Origin: a virus
Taxonomy: Duplodnaviria; Heunggongvirae; Uroviricota; Caudoviricetes
Direction: 5' to 3' (one strand)
Length of the DNA stretch: 64,000 nt
Virus record (IMG/VR): IMGVR_UViG_2974569193_000001
Span: 108,702 to 172,701 of that record
This document shows positions 33,767 through 42,987 of this stretch, in pieces. Both the position numbers and the translations under genes were made by a program. Below the pieces are notes generated by a model. It did no database searches, was not told where the DNA came from, and saw only the letters and a list, made by a program, of their open reading frames with translations. The first letter of the stretch is position 1; each line of letters starts with the position of its first letter.

Positions 33767-34296
33767 CTTTCGCTCACGGGCACGGCACCATAGTGCGCGA
33801 CCAGCACGAGCCGCGCGCCGCAGGCCACGAGCGAGCCCTGGGCGTTGTAGATGAGCCGCCCGGCTTCCTGGCCGTTGGCGTCGAGGATCGCGGCGGCATG
33901 CGCGTAGGTCGGCTTGCCGCCCTTGCCCTTCTGGATGCGGATCGGCGGAGCGTTGGTCTGGTGCTTGGTGTTGCGGTCGATGACCTGCCGGTTGACGTTG
34001 AGCACGATCATGCCGCGCTCGATCTTCGGCAGCGGCGCGGGCTCCTCGGGTGGAAGCGGCATCCAGCCAATGACGTCGTCAATGGTGTAGGCGTCGCGCC
34101 CAGCCATTTTCCAGCAGATGTAAGGATCGTCGTCCTCGTCGATCTGCCAGTCGACCAGTTGTGCCGTGTACATGCGTCCGTGCTGGGTCTTCACCAGCAC
34201 CCAGTCGGAGGCCTTGGCTCCCCAGGGGTCCTCTTGCTTGATCTCGGGCGGATCAGCATGCGGGTGACGCCACAGGGGCCAGGACGGATTGTTCAT
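33739..34296 (-). CDS. hypothetical protein
   Basis: Start at MNNPSWPLW with SD AGGAGG. The upstream R/G-rich part of ORF 33739..34383 is rejected. Confidence 0.55.
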   Translation of the reverse strand: MNNPSWPLWRHPHADPPEIKQEDPWGAKASDWVLVKTQHGRMYTAQLVDWQIDEDDDPYICWKMAGRDAYTIDDVIGWMPLPPEEPAPLPKIERGMIVLNVNRQVIDRNTKHQTNAPPIRIQKGKGGKPTYAHAAAILDANGQEAGRLIYNAQGSLVACGARLVLVAHYGAVPVSESVDSPTDAG

Positions 34297-34304
34297 GAGA
34301 CCTC

Positions 34305-35204
34305 CTACCAGCCAAACTTGGTGGCGCAGACCGGGCCGATGCCGGCATCGATCGAAGCGTGATTGGTCAGTTCCCGGCCGCAACAGGCGCAGGAGCCGGT
34401 GCGCTGACCGTAAGCGATGGCGGCGGCGTGGGGATCGGCCGCCAGGGCGAGGATTTCGGCTTCCTGCTCGGTGGTGCAGTCGCGCACCTTGAGGAACTTG
34501 CCGTTCATTACCTTGCCCATGTACACGCCCTCCACGGTGCGCACGTAGATGGCGCCGGCGTTGGTGCTGTCCATGGCGGCGGGCTTGAACTTGTAGCCGG
34601 CCAGTCGCAGGGTGATGTTCTTCAGGCCCGAACCCTTGGCGTGGAAGAAGGCTTCTTCCAGCTTGGCGAGCGAGATCACCGGCGCGGCGGCTTCGCGGGC
34701 GACCCGCTCGGCTTCGCGCTGGATCGCGCGCTTCTTGTCCTCGGCCGCGAGCCGTTCGACGGTCGCCAGTTGCTTCTCGGTCAGGTGACCGAACCGTTCC
34801 ACGGCCTGAAGCATCTGATTGGCGAAGTCGAAACGCGGCGCGCGCTCGACCATCCAGGCCGTCGCCTCGGGGTGCGCCAGCTTCCAGGCGGCGCGTTGCT
34901 GCTGGAGATCGAACTGGACCTGGGCCTTTTTCTTGTCGGCGTTGGCGCGGCGGCGGGCGCGTTCCTCGGGCGAGGTCTTGCGCACGAACTTGCCCTTGCC
35001 CTTACAGACGAAGCACTGGCGGCCGTACTGCGACATGCCGCGATAGGTGCCCGTGCCCCGGCATTTGGGGCAAAGCTCGATCCACTCGGCCGGCGGCGGG
35101 GTCTCGTCGACGAAATCGACGCCCGCCTCCATGGGCTCACCCGGTTGGGTTTCCCGGACCACCGGCTCGGTGATCAGTTCATCCATGTCAGCGAAAAGGT
35201 CCAC
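34305..35204 (-). CDS. zinc-ribbon protein with DUF6011-like C-terminus
   Basis: 299 aa. N-terminal CPKCRGTG...CFVCKGKG; C-terminal CACCGRELTNHASIDAGIGPVCATKFGW. GTG start with SD GGAG. Confidence 0.55.
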   Translation of the reverse strand: MDLFADMDELITEPVVRETQPGEPMEAGVDFVDETPPPAEWIELCPKCRGTGTYRGMSQYGRQCFVCKGKGKFVRKTSPEERARRRANADKKKAQVQFDLQQQRAAWKLAHPEATAWMVERAPRFDFANQMLQAVERFGHLTEKQLATVERLAAEDKKRAIQREAERVAREAAAPVISLAKLEEAFFHAKGSGLKNITLRLAGYKFKPAAMDSTNAGAIYVRTVEGVYMGKVMNGKFLKVRDCTTEQEAEILALAADPHAAAIAYGQRTGSCACCGRELTNHASIDAGIGPVCATKFGW

Positions 35205-35265
35205 GGCGGGTCTCCATCAGCAGGTGATGGAGCCCTTCTAGGCCTCTCGACCTAGCGTGTCAACA
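35205..35265 (-). promoter_or_regulatory. cassette-type promoter
   Basis: GTGTTGACAC, 17 bp, TAGAAG, then a leader ending GGAGACCCGCC-GTG. Confidence 0.5.
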
Positions 35266-35288
35266 CTCTCGCGCCAACAAAATGTCGG

Positions 35289-35612
35289 CTAATAGGTTTC
35301 GAGTTTCGGAGCCTCTTCCAGGACCAGGGTGTACATGTCGCGGGGATCACCGCACGGGATGATGTCCACGATCACGCAGGTCCGGATGCGCTCGCTTTGG
35401 GTCAGGTAGATGACGAAGTCACCCAGGCGCGGTCCTTGGCAGTGGACCATCACGCTGATGCGCTCGATCTTCAGCGGCTTCCTGAACCAGCCGCGCTTGA
35501 CCAAGCGCGGCTGCTCGATCTTGAACGTGCTGGAGTGCATGGCGTGACCCCAGCCTTGCTTGCCGGGGCGGAAGTCGAAGGTCCGAGGACCGTTGTTAAG
35601 ACGCAGGAGCAT
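35289..35612 (-). CDS. hypothetical protein
   Basis: 107 aa. Confidence 0.5.
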   Translation of the reverse strand: MLLRLNNGPRTFDFRPGKQGWGHAMHSSTFKIEQPRLVKRGWFRKPLKIERISVMVHCQGPRLGDFVIYLTQSERIRTCVIVDIIPCGDPRDMYTLVLEEAPKLETY

Positions 35613-35826
35613 GGCGATCCTTTTCGGCTAGGACGCGGCGCTCCAGACGGCCGTGTCCGATAAAGGTGATGATGTCCTTGCCCCGGACGCGTTTGGGCAT
35701 GTAGCCGCCAAAGCGCCGCTGGAGCGGGATGCGCCGGTACTTGGGATCGAACAGCCCGACCCAGCGGCGCGCCCTGGGGTTCTCGCGCGGCAGGATCACC
35801 GACAGGACATAGGGTGAGAAGTTCAT
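35596..35826 (-). CDS. hypothetical small protein
   Basis: C-terminal 76 aa of ORF 35596..36219 (MNFSPYVLSV...), with ATGA overlap to the upstream gene. Confidence 0.4.
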   Translation of the reverse strand: MNFSPYVLSVILPRENPRARRWVGLFDPKYRRIPLQRRFGGYMPKRVRGKDIITFIGHGRLERRVLAEKDRHAPAS

Positions 35827-36065
35827 GTCGTGAACGTCGAGAGGACGTAGGTCGCCTCGGCCCGGCCGTAGTCGTCGGGGCCGATCAGCGCCAGTTGCGA
35901 CGGCTGGTCGAGATCGACATCGCGCCAGACCACCTTGCCCTTGCGGCCGGTGATCGACGGGTCGTGCGGCAGGTCGGCGATCAGCCGCAGGGCGCCGGTG
36001 GCAATCTGGTGGGCCTCGTAGGAGCCCGGCTCGATATGGTCGGCGAGGGTGAGCTTGACGAGCAT
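35823..36065 (-). CDS. hypothetical protein
   Basis: 80 aa. Confidence 0.45.
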   Translation of the reverse strand: MLVKLTLADHIEPGSYEAHQIATGALRLIADLPHDPSITGRKGKVVWRDVDLDQPSQLALIGPDDYGRAEATYVLSTFTT

Positions 36066-36097
36066 CTGGGCTCCTTTCTATCCGTGAAGAGAGGTCT

Positions 36098-36589
36098 TCA
36101 GGTGGGCGCGGCCCTGGTGATACATCCGCACCGCTTGCTTCTCGGTCTTGCAGGGACCAAACCAGAGCAGGTCCCCGGCCGCCGGGCGGCGAACCCGTAT
36201 TGGCGCATGGGCTCTTCAACGTAGTCGACCCCGGCCAAAATGCTGATCACCTCGTAGGGGCTTTCGCCCGCTTCGATCTGCGCGTCGTCCACGCCGACGT
36301 AAAACGAGACATCCTTGCCGAACATCCCGCCGGTGACCCTGGCGTGCCGCCAGGACGACCAGAACCATCCGCGTCGTAGTTCCAAGCCGCCACGCCGTCC
36401 CAGGAACGCTTCCATCGGCTCACCGTCGGGCCAGGACCCGAGCACCGACGCCTGGAAGACCGAGTCAGCAGGAGACTCCGCCTTGACGAGACCGGTGGCG
36501 ATCCGCTTGGCGTCGTCCTCGTCGACCGCCGTGACCTCGACCTCGGTGACGAGGGCCTGGGTGACCTTGATCAGGAAGGTTTCAGTCAC
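36098..36589 (-). CDS. hypothetical protein, possibly frameshifted at its 3' end
   Basis: N-terminal 130 aa look native. The last 35 aa are R/P-rich, while the -1 frame gives a better C-terminus (...PIRVRRPAAGDLLWFGPCKTEKQAVRMYHQGRAHLKTSLHG) ending near 36076. Confidence 0.45.
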   Translation of the reverse strand: MTETFLIKVTQALVTEVEVTAVDEDDAKRIATGLVKAESPADSVFQASVLGSWPDGEPMEAFLGRRGGLELRRGWFWSSWRHARVTGGMFGKDVSFYVGVDDAQIEAGESPYEVISILAGVDYVEEPMRQYGFAARRPGTCSGLVPARPRSKRCGCITRAAPT

Positions 36590-37268
36590 GCAGGTGCGCC
36601 AATTGAAAGGCCGTGGCGCCGACCGCCGCCGCCAGTTCCGACTTGATCTGGTCGACGTCGGCCTTCAACTCCTTGAAGTAGGGCGTGTCGGCGAGCAGGT
36701 CCTGCATCTTCCACAGGCCCATATAGGCGCGCAGCACGTAGCCGGTCGGGTCATCCTCGACCAGCGGCACGACCTCGGTGGTCTTGACCTCGAACGTGCC
36801 CATCGGCCCGACCAGGAACACCACGTCGTGGGGCTCGATGATCCGCACGCCGCCCGAGGCGAGGTTCTTGACCACGCGCTCGCGGTGCTCGCAGTGGCTG
36901 ACCAGGGCGATAGACGCGCTTTCGGCATGCGGCGGATTGTTGGTCACCACCACCACGCGGTCGCCCGGCTGGAGCGCCCAGCGGACCTCGGGATCGTTCA
37001 GGTGGTCATCAACCATCTTGCGGATCGTCGCCAGCGAGCGATGACCATAGCAGTCGCCGTTGACGACGTACTGGATGATCTTCCACTCCTTGTCGGTCGG
37101 CGAGGGGATTTCCTTGCCATCGCCGTCGCGGCCGTGGAAGTAGGCCACCGACTCCAGGCGCTGGATGGCCTCAATGTCGTTGTCGGTGTCGGTCTCGATC
37201 GTGTCGAGCAGGTTGATCATCCGCACGAGACTGTAGGTGATCGGACGGGTGTAGGGGCGCTTGATCAC
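36582..37268 (-). CDS. hypothetical protein
   Basis: 228 aa. Confidence 0.55.
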   Translation of the reverse strand: MIKRPYTRPITYSLVRMINLLDTIETDTDNDIEAIQRLESVAYFHGRDGDGKEIPSPTDKEWKIIQYVVNGDCYGHRSLATIRKMVDDHLNDPEVRWALQPGDRVVVVTNNPPHAESASIALVSHCEHRERVVKNLASGGVRIIEPHDVVFLVGPMGTFEVKTTEVVPLVEDDPTGYVLRAYMGLWKMQDLLADTPYFKELKADVDQIKSELAAAVGATAFQLAHLRD

Positions 37269-38161
37269 AGGTGCTTCTCCAGGCCCAGGTCGTCGATCAC
37301 CGCCTGGGCGATGGCTTCGAGGTTGAAGTGGCCGTCGAGGATCGCATCACGCATGTCGTCGGCGTCGACCCAGTTGGAGGCGCCCTGATAGGCGGTGTTC
37401 TCGGCGGCCTCGATCGCGCGCTTGAGCGCGTCGGCCAGGATCACCGCCGGGGTGCGCTTGACCTTGGCCTTCTTGACCTTCCAGTGGAGGTCCTGGATGC
37501 GCACGACGCGGCGGGCGCCGTCGTCGATGTCCTTGAACGCGCCGGCCTCGACCAGCCGCTCGACGGTGGCGTCGCTGAAATGCGGATTGGCGTCGTCGAC
37601 CGGGAAGGTCGTCCAGCAGTCGGTGCCCAGTTGAGTCAGGGTGCCCGACGGCGTGGCGCGCGCGGCGTGGATGGCGTGGTATTCGTCGGCGAGCATGAAC
37701 TGCTCGTAGCCGGGGCCGCTCTCCTCGCCCTTGTCGTCGATGACGCGGACGTAGCAGTTCTCGCCGTTCCACGAGTCGGAGACGTAGCACTCGACCAGGA
37801 TATAGGTCTTGCCGACGGTGAAGCGTTCGCTGCTGCCCACGTAGACCGCCTTGGCGTTCTGAGGGAAGGGCCAGCGATAGTGCTCATGGTCCGGATCGAA
37901 CTTCGCCAAGACGGCGAGGATCGAGTCCAGGCTGACATCCTCAGGCGAGAAGCGCTTGTACTTGCCGGTCTCGTCGCGGCCATGGAAGAGGTCCTGACAC
38001 TCGCGCACGATGTCGTACTCGTCGGGCCAGATCGCGCCGCCGCGATACTCGGACAGCACCTTGTCGAACTCGGCGACCGAAGCGGTGTCGTGCGCCAGAC
38101 GGAGTAGGGTCTGGAGAATCTCGGCCGGCTGGCGGGCATAGGCGTGGGGTTGGCGGACCAT
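37265..38161 (-). CDS. hypothetical protein
   Basis: 298 aa; ATGA overlap with the downstream gene. Confidence 0.55.
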   Translation of the reverse strand: MVRQPHAYARQPAEILQTLLRLAHDTASVAEFDKVLSEYRGGAIWPDEYDIVRECQDLFHGRDETGKYKRFSPEDVSLDSILAVLAKFDPDHEHYRWPFPQNAKAVYVGSSERFTVGKTYILVECYVSDSWNGENCYVRVIDDKGEESGPGYEQFMLADEYHAIHAARATPSGTLTQLGTDCWTTFPVDDANPHFSDATVERLVEAGAFKDIDDGARRVVRIQDLHWKVKKAKVKRTPAVILADALKRAIEAAENTAYQGASNWVDADDMRDAILDGHFNLEAIAQAVIDDLGLEKHL

Positions 38162-38526
38162 CAGGCCGACACCTTGCCCAGTTGCTTTTCCAGTTCGGCG
38201 CGCAGTTCGGCGTCGGTCAGGCCCAGGCGTTCCTTCATGAACGTCAGGGCGTCGGCCGCGTTATCGAAGGAGCGGGTCTCCCGATCGGTACTGTCGCGCA
38301 GGCCCCGGATTTCGGTCACGCCCCAGAAGGTCGCCCAGAGGGCCACGACCAGGGCCGCCAGCGCCGCGAAGAACGAGCCACCGAACTGGTGCGCATCGAC
38401 GCGCTCGACGAGATCGGCTGCGGCCCAGGTCGCGGCGAGCACCGCCACGGTGCCCAGATGCAGCAGGGCGGTCTTGCGGGTGTAGGTCGGGGTCACCGCC
38501 AGGGTGAACTTGTCGCTGGTCTCCAA
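38161..38526 (-). CDS. membrane protein
   Basis: 121 aa, two transmembrane helices; TTG start after a cassette promoter and leader. Confidence 0.5.
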   Translation of the reverse strand: METSDKFTLAVTPTYTRKTALLHLGTVAVLAATWAAADLVERVDAHQFGGSFFAALAALVVALWATFWGVTEIRGLRDSTDRETRSFDNAADALTFMKERLGLTDAELRAELEKQLGKVSA

Positions 38527-38590
38527 GAGAGGTCTCCTCTGTCGTTGTCGTCGAGGTGCTTATAGGCGGTGGTCAACCGGCTGTCAACAC
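38527..38590 (-). promoter_or_regulatory. cassette promoter and leader
   Basis: GTGTTGACAG, 17 bp, TATAAG, then CACCT-CGACGACAAC-GACAGAGGAGACC, then TCTC-TTG. Confidence 0.55.
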
Positions 38591-38592
38591 TC

Positions 38593-40011
38593 TCACGCCA
38601 GCTTTACGCCGACCGTGCCCGCGACCTTGGCTAGGGCCTCGCGCTGCGCCTTGATGCGCTTGTCGAAGGCGTCGAGCGAGGCCATCATGTCGCTCTCCAG
38701 CTTGTCCAGCGCCGCCCATTGCTCGACGACCGCCTTGGCGGCCTTGTCCTGGGCTTCGTTGCGCTCGGGACCATAGACCCGCTCACGCAGTTCAGCGACC
38801 CAGGCGCGGGGCAAGCCCAGTTCCTTGGAGACCTTCTCGTCGGTCATGTCGCCGCCATAGCACTGGCGGTTGGTGTCGTAGTGGATATCCAGAGCTTCGA
38901 GGATGCGGCGGTTTTCGGCTGGCGTCGCCGCGCGCGGCGGCTCGGCGGTCTGGACCGGGGGCGAGGTCTTGGTGGCGGTTGCGGGCATGGCGATCTCCGG
39001 AATAGGGGTTTCGATATGGGCTTCGATGGTGGTCGGATTGTTCTTCTTGGCCAGCCGCGTCTTGGCGGCGGCCTTTTGGCGCTCGGAGCGCTCTTCCTTG
39101 GTCATGGCGGCCCAGTAGGCGCGCGGACCCGCACCGCGCTTCTCGCGCTGCTCAGCGATCTTGGCCTGCTTCTTGGCCTTGCGGGTGGCGTGGCCCTTCT
39201 TGGCGAGTTCCGACTTCTGCTCGGGCGTCAGCGACTCGTGATGGGCGCGCAGATGGGCGCCGTCGAAAAGCTTGCGCAGGTCGACCTTGCCGTCGGCTTC
39301 CTGTTCCTTGCGCACGATGGCGTTGGCCTCCTCGATAATGGCGTTGAGGAACTTGTCGGACACGTAGTGCTCGATCTCCTCGGCCAGCACGTCGGGCTCG
39401 GTCTTCAACTGCTTGAGCATCCGGCGCACGGACTCCAGGAGGGGAGCCGGCGGGGCGTCGACACCGCACTCGCGGAAGAACTTGCCCGCGTACACCGTCA
39501 GGATGCCCTTGATCCGGTTCTCGCGGGGATAGCCCCCGGTGGTTTTGCGGATGGCGCCGCGCACGATCTTGTCGGCCGTGTCGGGATCGATCTCCGCCAC
39601 ATTGGCCAGCATCTTGCCCACGGCCTCATCTTCGAGGACGAAATCGCCAGCCTTGCCCGGCTCGACGAGTTCCAGAGGCTTGATCGCGTTGGCCACCATC
39701 TGGATCGCCGTGTCGATGGCGATGTCGTCGCGTTCGGCGGCGGGGGCGGAGTGTACCTTGGCGTTGCCGTGGCAGGAGGGGCAGACGTCCTTGTTGCGAT
39801 TGGCACCGATCGCCCAGCCGCGCTTGCGGAATATCTTGGAGGCCAGTTCCGCCGGGATGTGCGGGCTGCGCGTCGTCACCGGGACGGCGTCATCGCGCTC
39901 GCATTTGCGGCAGACGGCCACGACATGGTTCTGGCGTTTGTTGGGGTCGGACACCAAGGGTCGCATCTCGACCCGGAACGACTCCCGCGTGGCGAGTTTG
40001 GTCGTGCTCAT
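38593..40011 (-). CDS. hypothetical protein with N-terminal zinc-ribbon (CRKCERDD...CPSCHGN)
   Basis: 472 aa; K/E/R-rich central region. The antisense ORF 38719..40095 is an artefact. Confidence 0.55.
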   Translation of the reverse strand: MSTTKLATRESFRVEMRPLVSDPNKRQNHVVAVCRKCERDDAVPVTTRSPHIPAELASKIFRKRGWAIGANRNKDVCPSCHGNAKVHSAPAAERDDIAIDTAIQMVANAIKPLELVEPGKAGDFVLEDEAVGKMLANVAEIDPDTADKIVRGAIRKTTGGYPRENRIKGILTVYAGKFFRECGVDAPPAPLLESVRRMLKQLKTEPDVLAEEIEHYVSDKFLNAIIEEANAIVRKEQEADGKVDLRKLFDGAHLRAHHESLTPEQKSELAKKGHATRKAKKQAKIAEQREKRGAGPRAYWAAMTKEERSERQKAAAKTRLAKKNNPTTIEAHIETPIPEIAMPATATKTSPPVQTAEPPRAATPAENRRILEALDIHYDTNRQCYGGDMTDEKVSKELGLPRAWVAELRERVYGPERNEAQDKAAKAVVEQWAALDKLESDMMASLDAFDKRIKAQREALAKVAGTVGVKLA

Positions 40012-40340
40012 TTCTTGCCTCTCGGACGGTTGGCCTCAAACCACGCATGCCACTCGGCCTTGGTCATCCAAGGCTGGGTGCGGCGGGCGTTGTAGAGGGC
40101 GAGGCCCTCCTCGGTCACGGTGTAGAATTTCGAGCCGCGCTCCATGTGCGGCATGCGCTGCTCGGACTTGGCGAGCCCGCGCTTTTCGAGCTTGGCCAGG
40201 GTCGCCGAATGGTGCGAGCCATTCGAGCCGCCGACATCCATGGTGCGGTGCCGGCGGATCGGTTCATCTCGGAAGGATGGGATCAGGCACCCCAGGACCT
40301 CCCAGTCGCGGTCGGTCAGCGGGGACAGGCGTCGGGTCAT
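40008..40340 (-). CDS. winged-helix DNA-binding protein
   Basis: Start at MTRRLSPLTDRDWEVLG. HSATLAKLEKRGLAKSEQ...SKFYTVTEEGLALY is PadR/MarR-like. Cassette promoter upstream. Confidence 0.5.
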   Translation of the reverse strand: MTRRLSPLTDRDWEVLGCLIPSFRDEPIRRHRTMDVGGSNGSHHSATLAKLEKRGLAKSEQRMPHMERGSKFYTVTEEGLALYNARRTQPWMTKAEWHAWFEANRPRGKK

Positions 40341-40400
40341 CGCGGTCTCCAGGTTGTCGTCAATCCGACATCTAGGAGGCTTTTCCGAACCTGTCAACAC
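40341..40400 (-). promoter_or_regulatory. cassette-type promoter for the winged-helix regulator gene
   Basis: Minus strand GTGTTGACAG with TTGACA at about 40393-40398. Confidence 0.45.
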
Positions 40401-40402
40401 AA

Positions 40403-40618
40403 TCACGCCAGCGAGGAGGTAAACACCACGGCGCCGACGATCAGGCAGTAGAGGCCGCCGACGATCGAGGCGCCGCGCAGCCAGCCACGCGCCTGGGTAT
40501 AGAAGGTCCGATCATTTCCGGACGCGCGGGCGATCACCTGGGGCAGGATGTCGTCTGCCAGATAGAGGCCCAGGGCGCTGACCAGCATCACCGTGATCAT
40601 GATACCCGAGAGGTTCAT
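40403..40618 (-). CDS. small membrane protein
   Basis: C-terminal 71 aa of ORF 40403..40807 (MNLSGIMITVMLVSALGLYL...), with ATGA overlap. Confidence 0.45.
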   Translation of the reverse strand: MNLSGIMITVMLVSALGLYLADDILPQVIARASGNDRTFYTQARGWLRGASIVGGLYCLIVGAVVFTSSLA

Positions 40619-40959
40619 CGGTCTTCTCCTTGTTCGGCCTCGGCGAGGCGTTGGATGTAGTCGCGCATGCCTGCGCTCGACGCATAGCGCCACGTCCAGG
40701 GGACTTGTTCGGGCCGGGCGCCGTTGAAGCGGCAGAGCCAGAGGAAGGCCTCCTCGGTGTGCGGGTAGTTCTCGGCGTCGGCCGAGAAGCCCGTCATGCG
40801 AAAGCATGCCGCGACCTGGGCCGGCGTGAGGTTCGGATCGCGCACGGCCTTGAGCTTGACCTTCACCTCCTCGGGAGGTGGCGGTGGTGGAGGCTCGACC
40901 TCGTAGCCGGCCGCGCGTAGGAGCTTGATCGCCGCAACGATCTCAGGAGACGGCTTCAT
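40615..40959 (-). CDS. hypothetical protein (poly-Pro linker)
   Basis: Start at MKPSPEIV; contains EPPPPPPPE; ATGA overlap with the upstream gene. Confidence 0.5.
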   Translation of the reverse strand: MKPSPEIVAAIKLLRAAGYEVEPPPPPPPEEVKVKLKAVRDPNLTPAQVAACFRMTGFSADAENYPHTEEAFLWLCRFNGARPEQVPWTWRYASSAGMRDYIQRLAEAEQGEDR

Positions 40960-41195
40960 GGGCGCGCCTTCCATTCCCCGCACCACGCGTTCACGTGGGT
41001 CTGGGGGAACTTTGCCCAGCCGATCTGATCAGGCGCGCGGTCGCCTTGGAAGCTTCCGCCCGAGCGCGCAGCATGATAGCGCGACGGATCGGTCGGGATC
41101 GAGGGTGGAAAACGCCGGCATTGCCCGTGCATCCGAACTTCCTGGGTGTCCCGGAAGAACTTGCAGTTGGCGCAGCTTTCCTCGGCCTCGCTCAT
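40956..41195 (-). CDS. hypothetical Cys-rich small protein
   Basis: C-terminal 79 aa of ORF 40956..41474 (MSEAEESCANCKFF...HGQCRRFPP...), with ATGA overlap. Confidence 0.45.
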   Translation of the reverse strand: MSEAEESCANCKFFRDTQEVRMHGQCRRFPPSIPTDPSRYHAARSGGSFQGDRAPDQIGWAKFPQTHVNAWCGEWKARP

Positions 41196-41719
41196 AGGAC
41201 GTAAGTCCCACCGTCGGCGCTCTCGCAGCGCTGGTCGTGGAACGCATCCATGCCAATGCGGTAGACCTCGCAGATCGTGGGGCGTGAGTGCGGCTCGTCC
41301 CAGGGACGCATCAGGCCGTTCAGGGCTAGTTCGAAGCCCTGGACCTGACCGTAGTGGGTGAAGACCGCGCCGAAGGGTACGTTCAGCGGGCGCACCAGGA
41401 TCGCCTTGACCCGCTCGTAGGTTTGGATGTCCTCGGGCATGTAGCCGTCCTGGCAAAGCACCGCCAGTTCGCAAGCGACGCGCGTGCGCCGGCCGTAGAC
41501 GTTGTCGATCTCCTCACCGGTCAGGAACCGATCGTCGAAGATCGGCGTCGTTCGGTCTGTCTTCTCCAGGAAGGCCAGTTGCTTTTCCGCCCACTGCCCC
41601 GCGCTCATGTAGGGCTGGTATAGGCAGGTCGCGACGATGCCGTCCTTGACGCTCTTGTCGTAGAGCGTGTAGCGGCGGCCGGCGTGGTCGCGCTCGATCC
41701 AGATGGCCGGGCGCTTCAT
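41192..41719 (-). CDS. hypothetical protein
   Basis: 175 aa. Confidence 0.55.
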   Translation of the reverse strand: MKRPAIWIERDHAGRRYTLYDKSVKDGIVATCLYQPYMSAGQWAEKQLAFLEKTDRTTPIFDDRFLTGEEIDNVYGRRTRVACELAVLCQDGYMPEDIQTYERVKAILVRPLNVPFGAVFTHYGQVQGFELALNGLMRPWDEPHSRPTICEVYRIGMDAFHDQRCESADGGTYVL

Positions 41720-42024
41720 TGACGGATCACCTCGATGGTTTGGATCGAGAATTCGACGTGGCCGTGATCGCAGTCACCCGCACCCAGCAAGATGGCCTCC
41801 AGCGCCTCACGGGTCCCTCGCTCCCAGGCGTCGCGCGCGGCGCGGGCTTCCGAGGGGGTGGCGGTGGGGTTTCGATCGGGCATCTTGAAGCGGCGGGAGA
41901 TCACGCTGTTCAGCTTGGCGGAGGTCTCCTCGGCGTGGGCCGAGTCGGCGAACGCGGCGAGGTTGGTGATGCTCCCGGCATCGTAGTCGCGGTCATCCAT
42001 GACCAGGATGTAGACGGTGTCCAC
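41716..42024 (-). CDS. hypothetical protein
   Basis: 102 aa; GTG start after a cassette promoter and leader. Confidence 0.5.
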   Translation of the reverse strand: MDTVYILVMDDRDYDAGSITNLAAFADSAHAEETSAKLNSVISRRFKMPDRNPTATPSEARAARDAWERGTREALEAILLGAGDCDHGHVEFSIQTIEVIRQ

Positions 42025-42084
42025 GGTGGGCCTCCTTCGTTGTCGTCGGAGCCTACCTAGACTGGCGCGAGTGTGTTGTCAAGC
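42025..42084 (-). promoter_or_regulatory. cassette promoter and leader
   Basis: GCTTGACAAC, 17 bp, TAGGTA, then GGCTC-CGACGACAAC-GA-AGGAGG, then CCCACC-GTG. Confidence 0.55.
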
Positions 42085-42222
42085 GGGCGTGCAGCGCATG
42101 AGGAGCACGGCCACGAGGAGCAACACGGCGCTCACGCCAAACAGGCGAAAGCTCGGCACGGCGATCGAGAACAACAGCCCTAGGAGGCCCAGAAGCAGTA
42201 GGATGAGAATCAGGACGGCCAT
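42076..42222 (-). CDS. small membrane peptide (48 aa), not in the ORF track
   Basis: MAVLILILLLLGLLGLLFSIAVPSFRLFGVSAVLLLVAVLLMRCTPA. ATG lies 2 nt after the upstream stop; its 3' end overlaps the promoter of the next gene. Confidence 0.3.
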
Positions 42223-42224
42223 GA

Positions 42225-42485
42225 TCAAGCCGCCGCGACCGCTGCCATGATGACCAGGATCACCAGCCCCACCGTCACTACCGCGACCGCCGGGCAGAGG
42301 AGCAGCGACAGAAGGAAGGTCAGGGTCGGATGGTCGAGGAAGAAGTAGTCGAGATAGGCCGGCGGATGCGGCTGGTCATAGAGATAGCCGGCGACGAAGC
42401 CCAGGATCACGACGCCGCAGGCGTAGGCTGCGATGTACCAGAGCGTGTATTTGACCGCGTTGGGCATCAGAGCCTCCGCTTGCAC
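42225..42485 (-). CDS. membrane protein
   Basis: 86 aa, three transmembrane helices. Confidence 0.5.
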   Translation of the reverse strand: MQAEALMPNAVKYTLWYIAAYACGVVILGFVAGYLYDQPHPPAYLDYFFLDHPTLTFLLSLLLCPAVAVVTVGLVILVIMAAVAAA

Positions 42486-42664
42486 GAGAACTCGCCGGTC
42501 AGGGCGCCCCAGGTTGCGCGCACGCCCACGCCAATGTAGTAGCAGGCGAGGATGCCGACCTGCCCCGGCGGAGCGATGTTTGCTGACGTCATGATCACGA
42601 GAGCAAGGATAGGGGCCAGCAGGAGCAGGAGCGCCAACAGGCTGATCGAGAGCAGGAATTTCAT
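42467..42664 (-). CDS. small membrane protein
   Basis: 65 aa, with a signal-peptide-like poly-Leu N-terminus. Confidence 0.4.
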   Translation of the reverse strand: MKFLLSISLLALLLLLAPILALVIMTSANIAPPGQVGILACYYIGVGVRATWGALTGEFSCKRRL

Positions 42665-42987
42665 CAGTTCCCCCTTTGGCTTTCCAGATAGCTGATGCGT
42701 CCGCGCAGCGACGAGATCGTGTCCTTCAGGCCCTCGATCTCCTTGGCGTGGCGCTTGTCGGTTTCTTCGCTCTCTCGGCGGTGGCGATCGCGCGTCTGAC
42801 GCAACTCGGTGTCCAGCGGGTTGGGGATCACGTCGTGACCCATCGCCTGACCGTAGTTCTCGGCCGAGGTCTCGATCCCCTGGGCGATGCCGTTGCGTTG
42901 CTCTTCGGTCAGACTGCTCCAGACAGCCCAGAGGTCCAGGCCGTCGAACGCGTAATCCAGGCTGTCGCGCCAGTAGCTATTCGACAT
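42664..42987 (-). CDS. hypothetical protein
   Basis: Start at MSNSYWRDSL; coiled-coil C-terminus. Confidence 0.5.
   Translation of the reverse strand: MSNSYWRDSLDYAFDGLDLWAVWSSLTEEQRNGIAQGIETSAENYGQAMGHDVIPNPLDTELRQTRDRHRRESEETDKRHAKEIEGLKDTISSLRGRISYLESQRGN

Noticed and set aside
35205-35235. ATG GAG ACC ... 9-codon upstream ORF ahead of gene 34305..35204
   Set aside because: The ATG-GAGACC is better explained as the SD (GGAG) positioned 7 nt before the GTG start, so it is not a separate coding unit.
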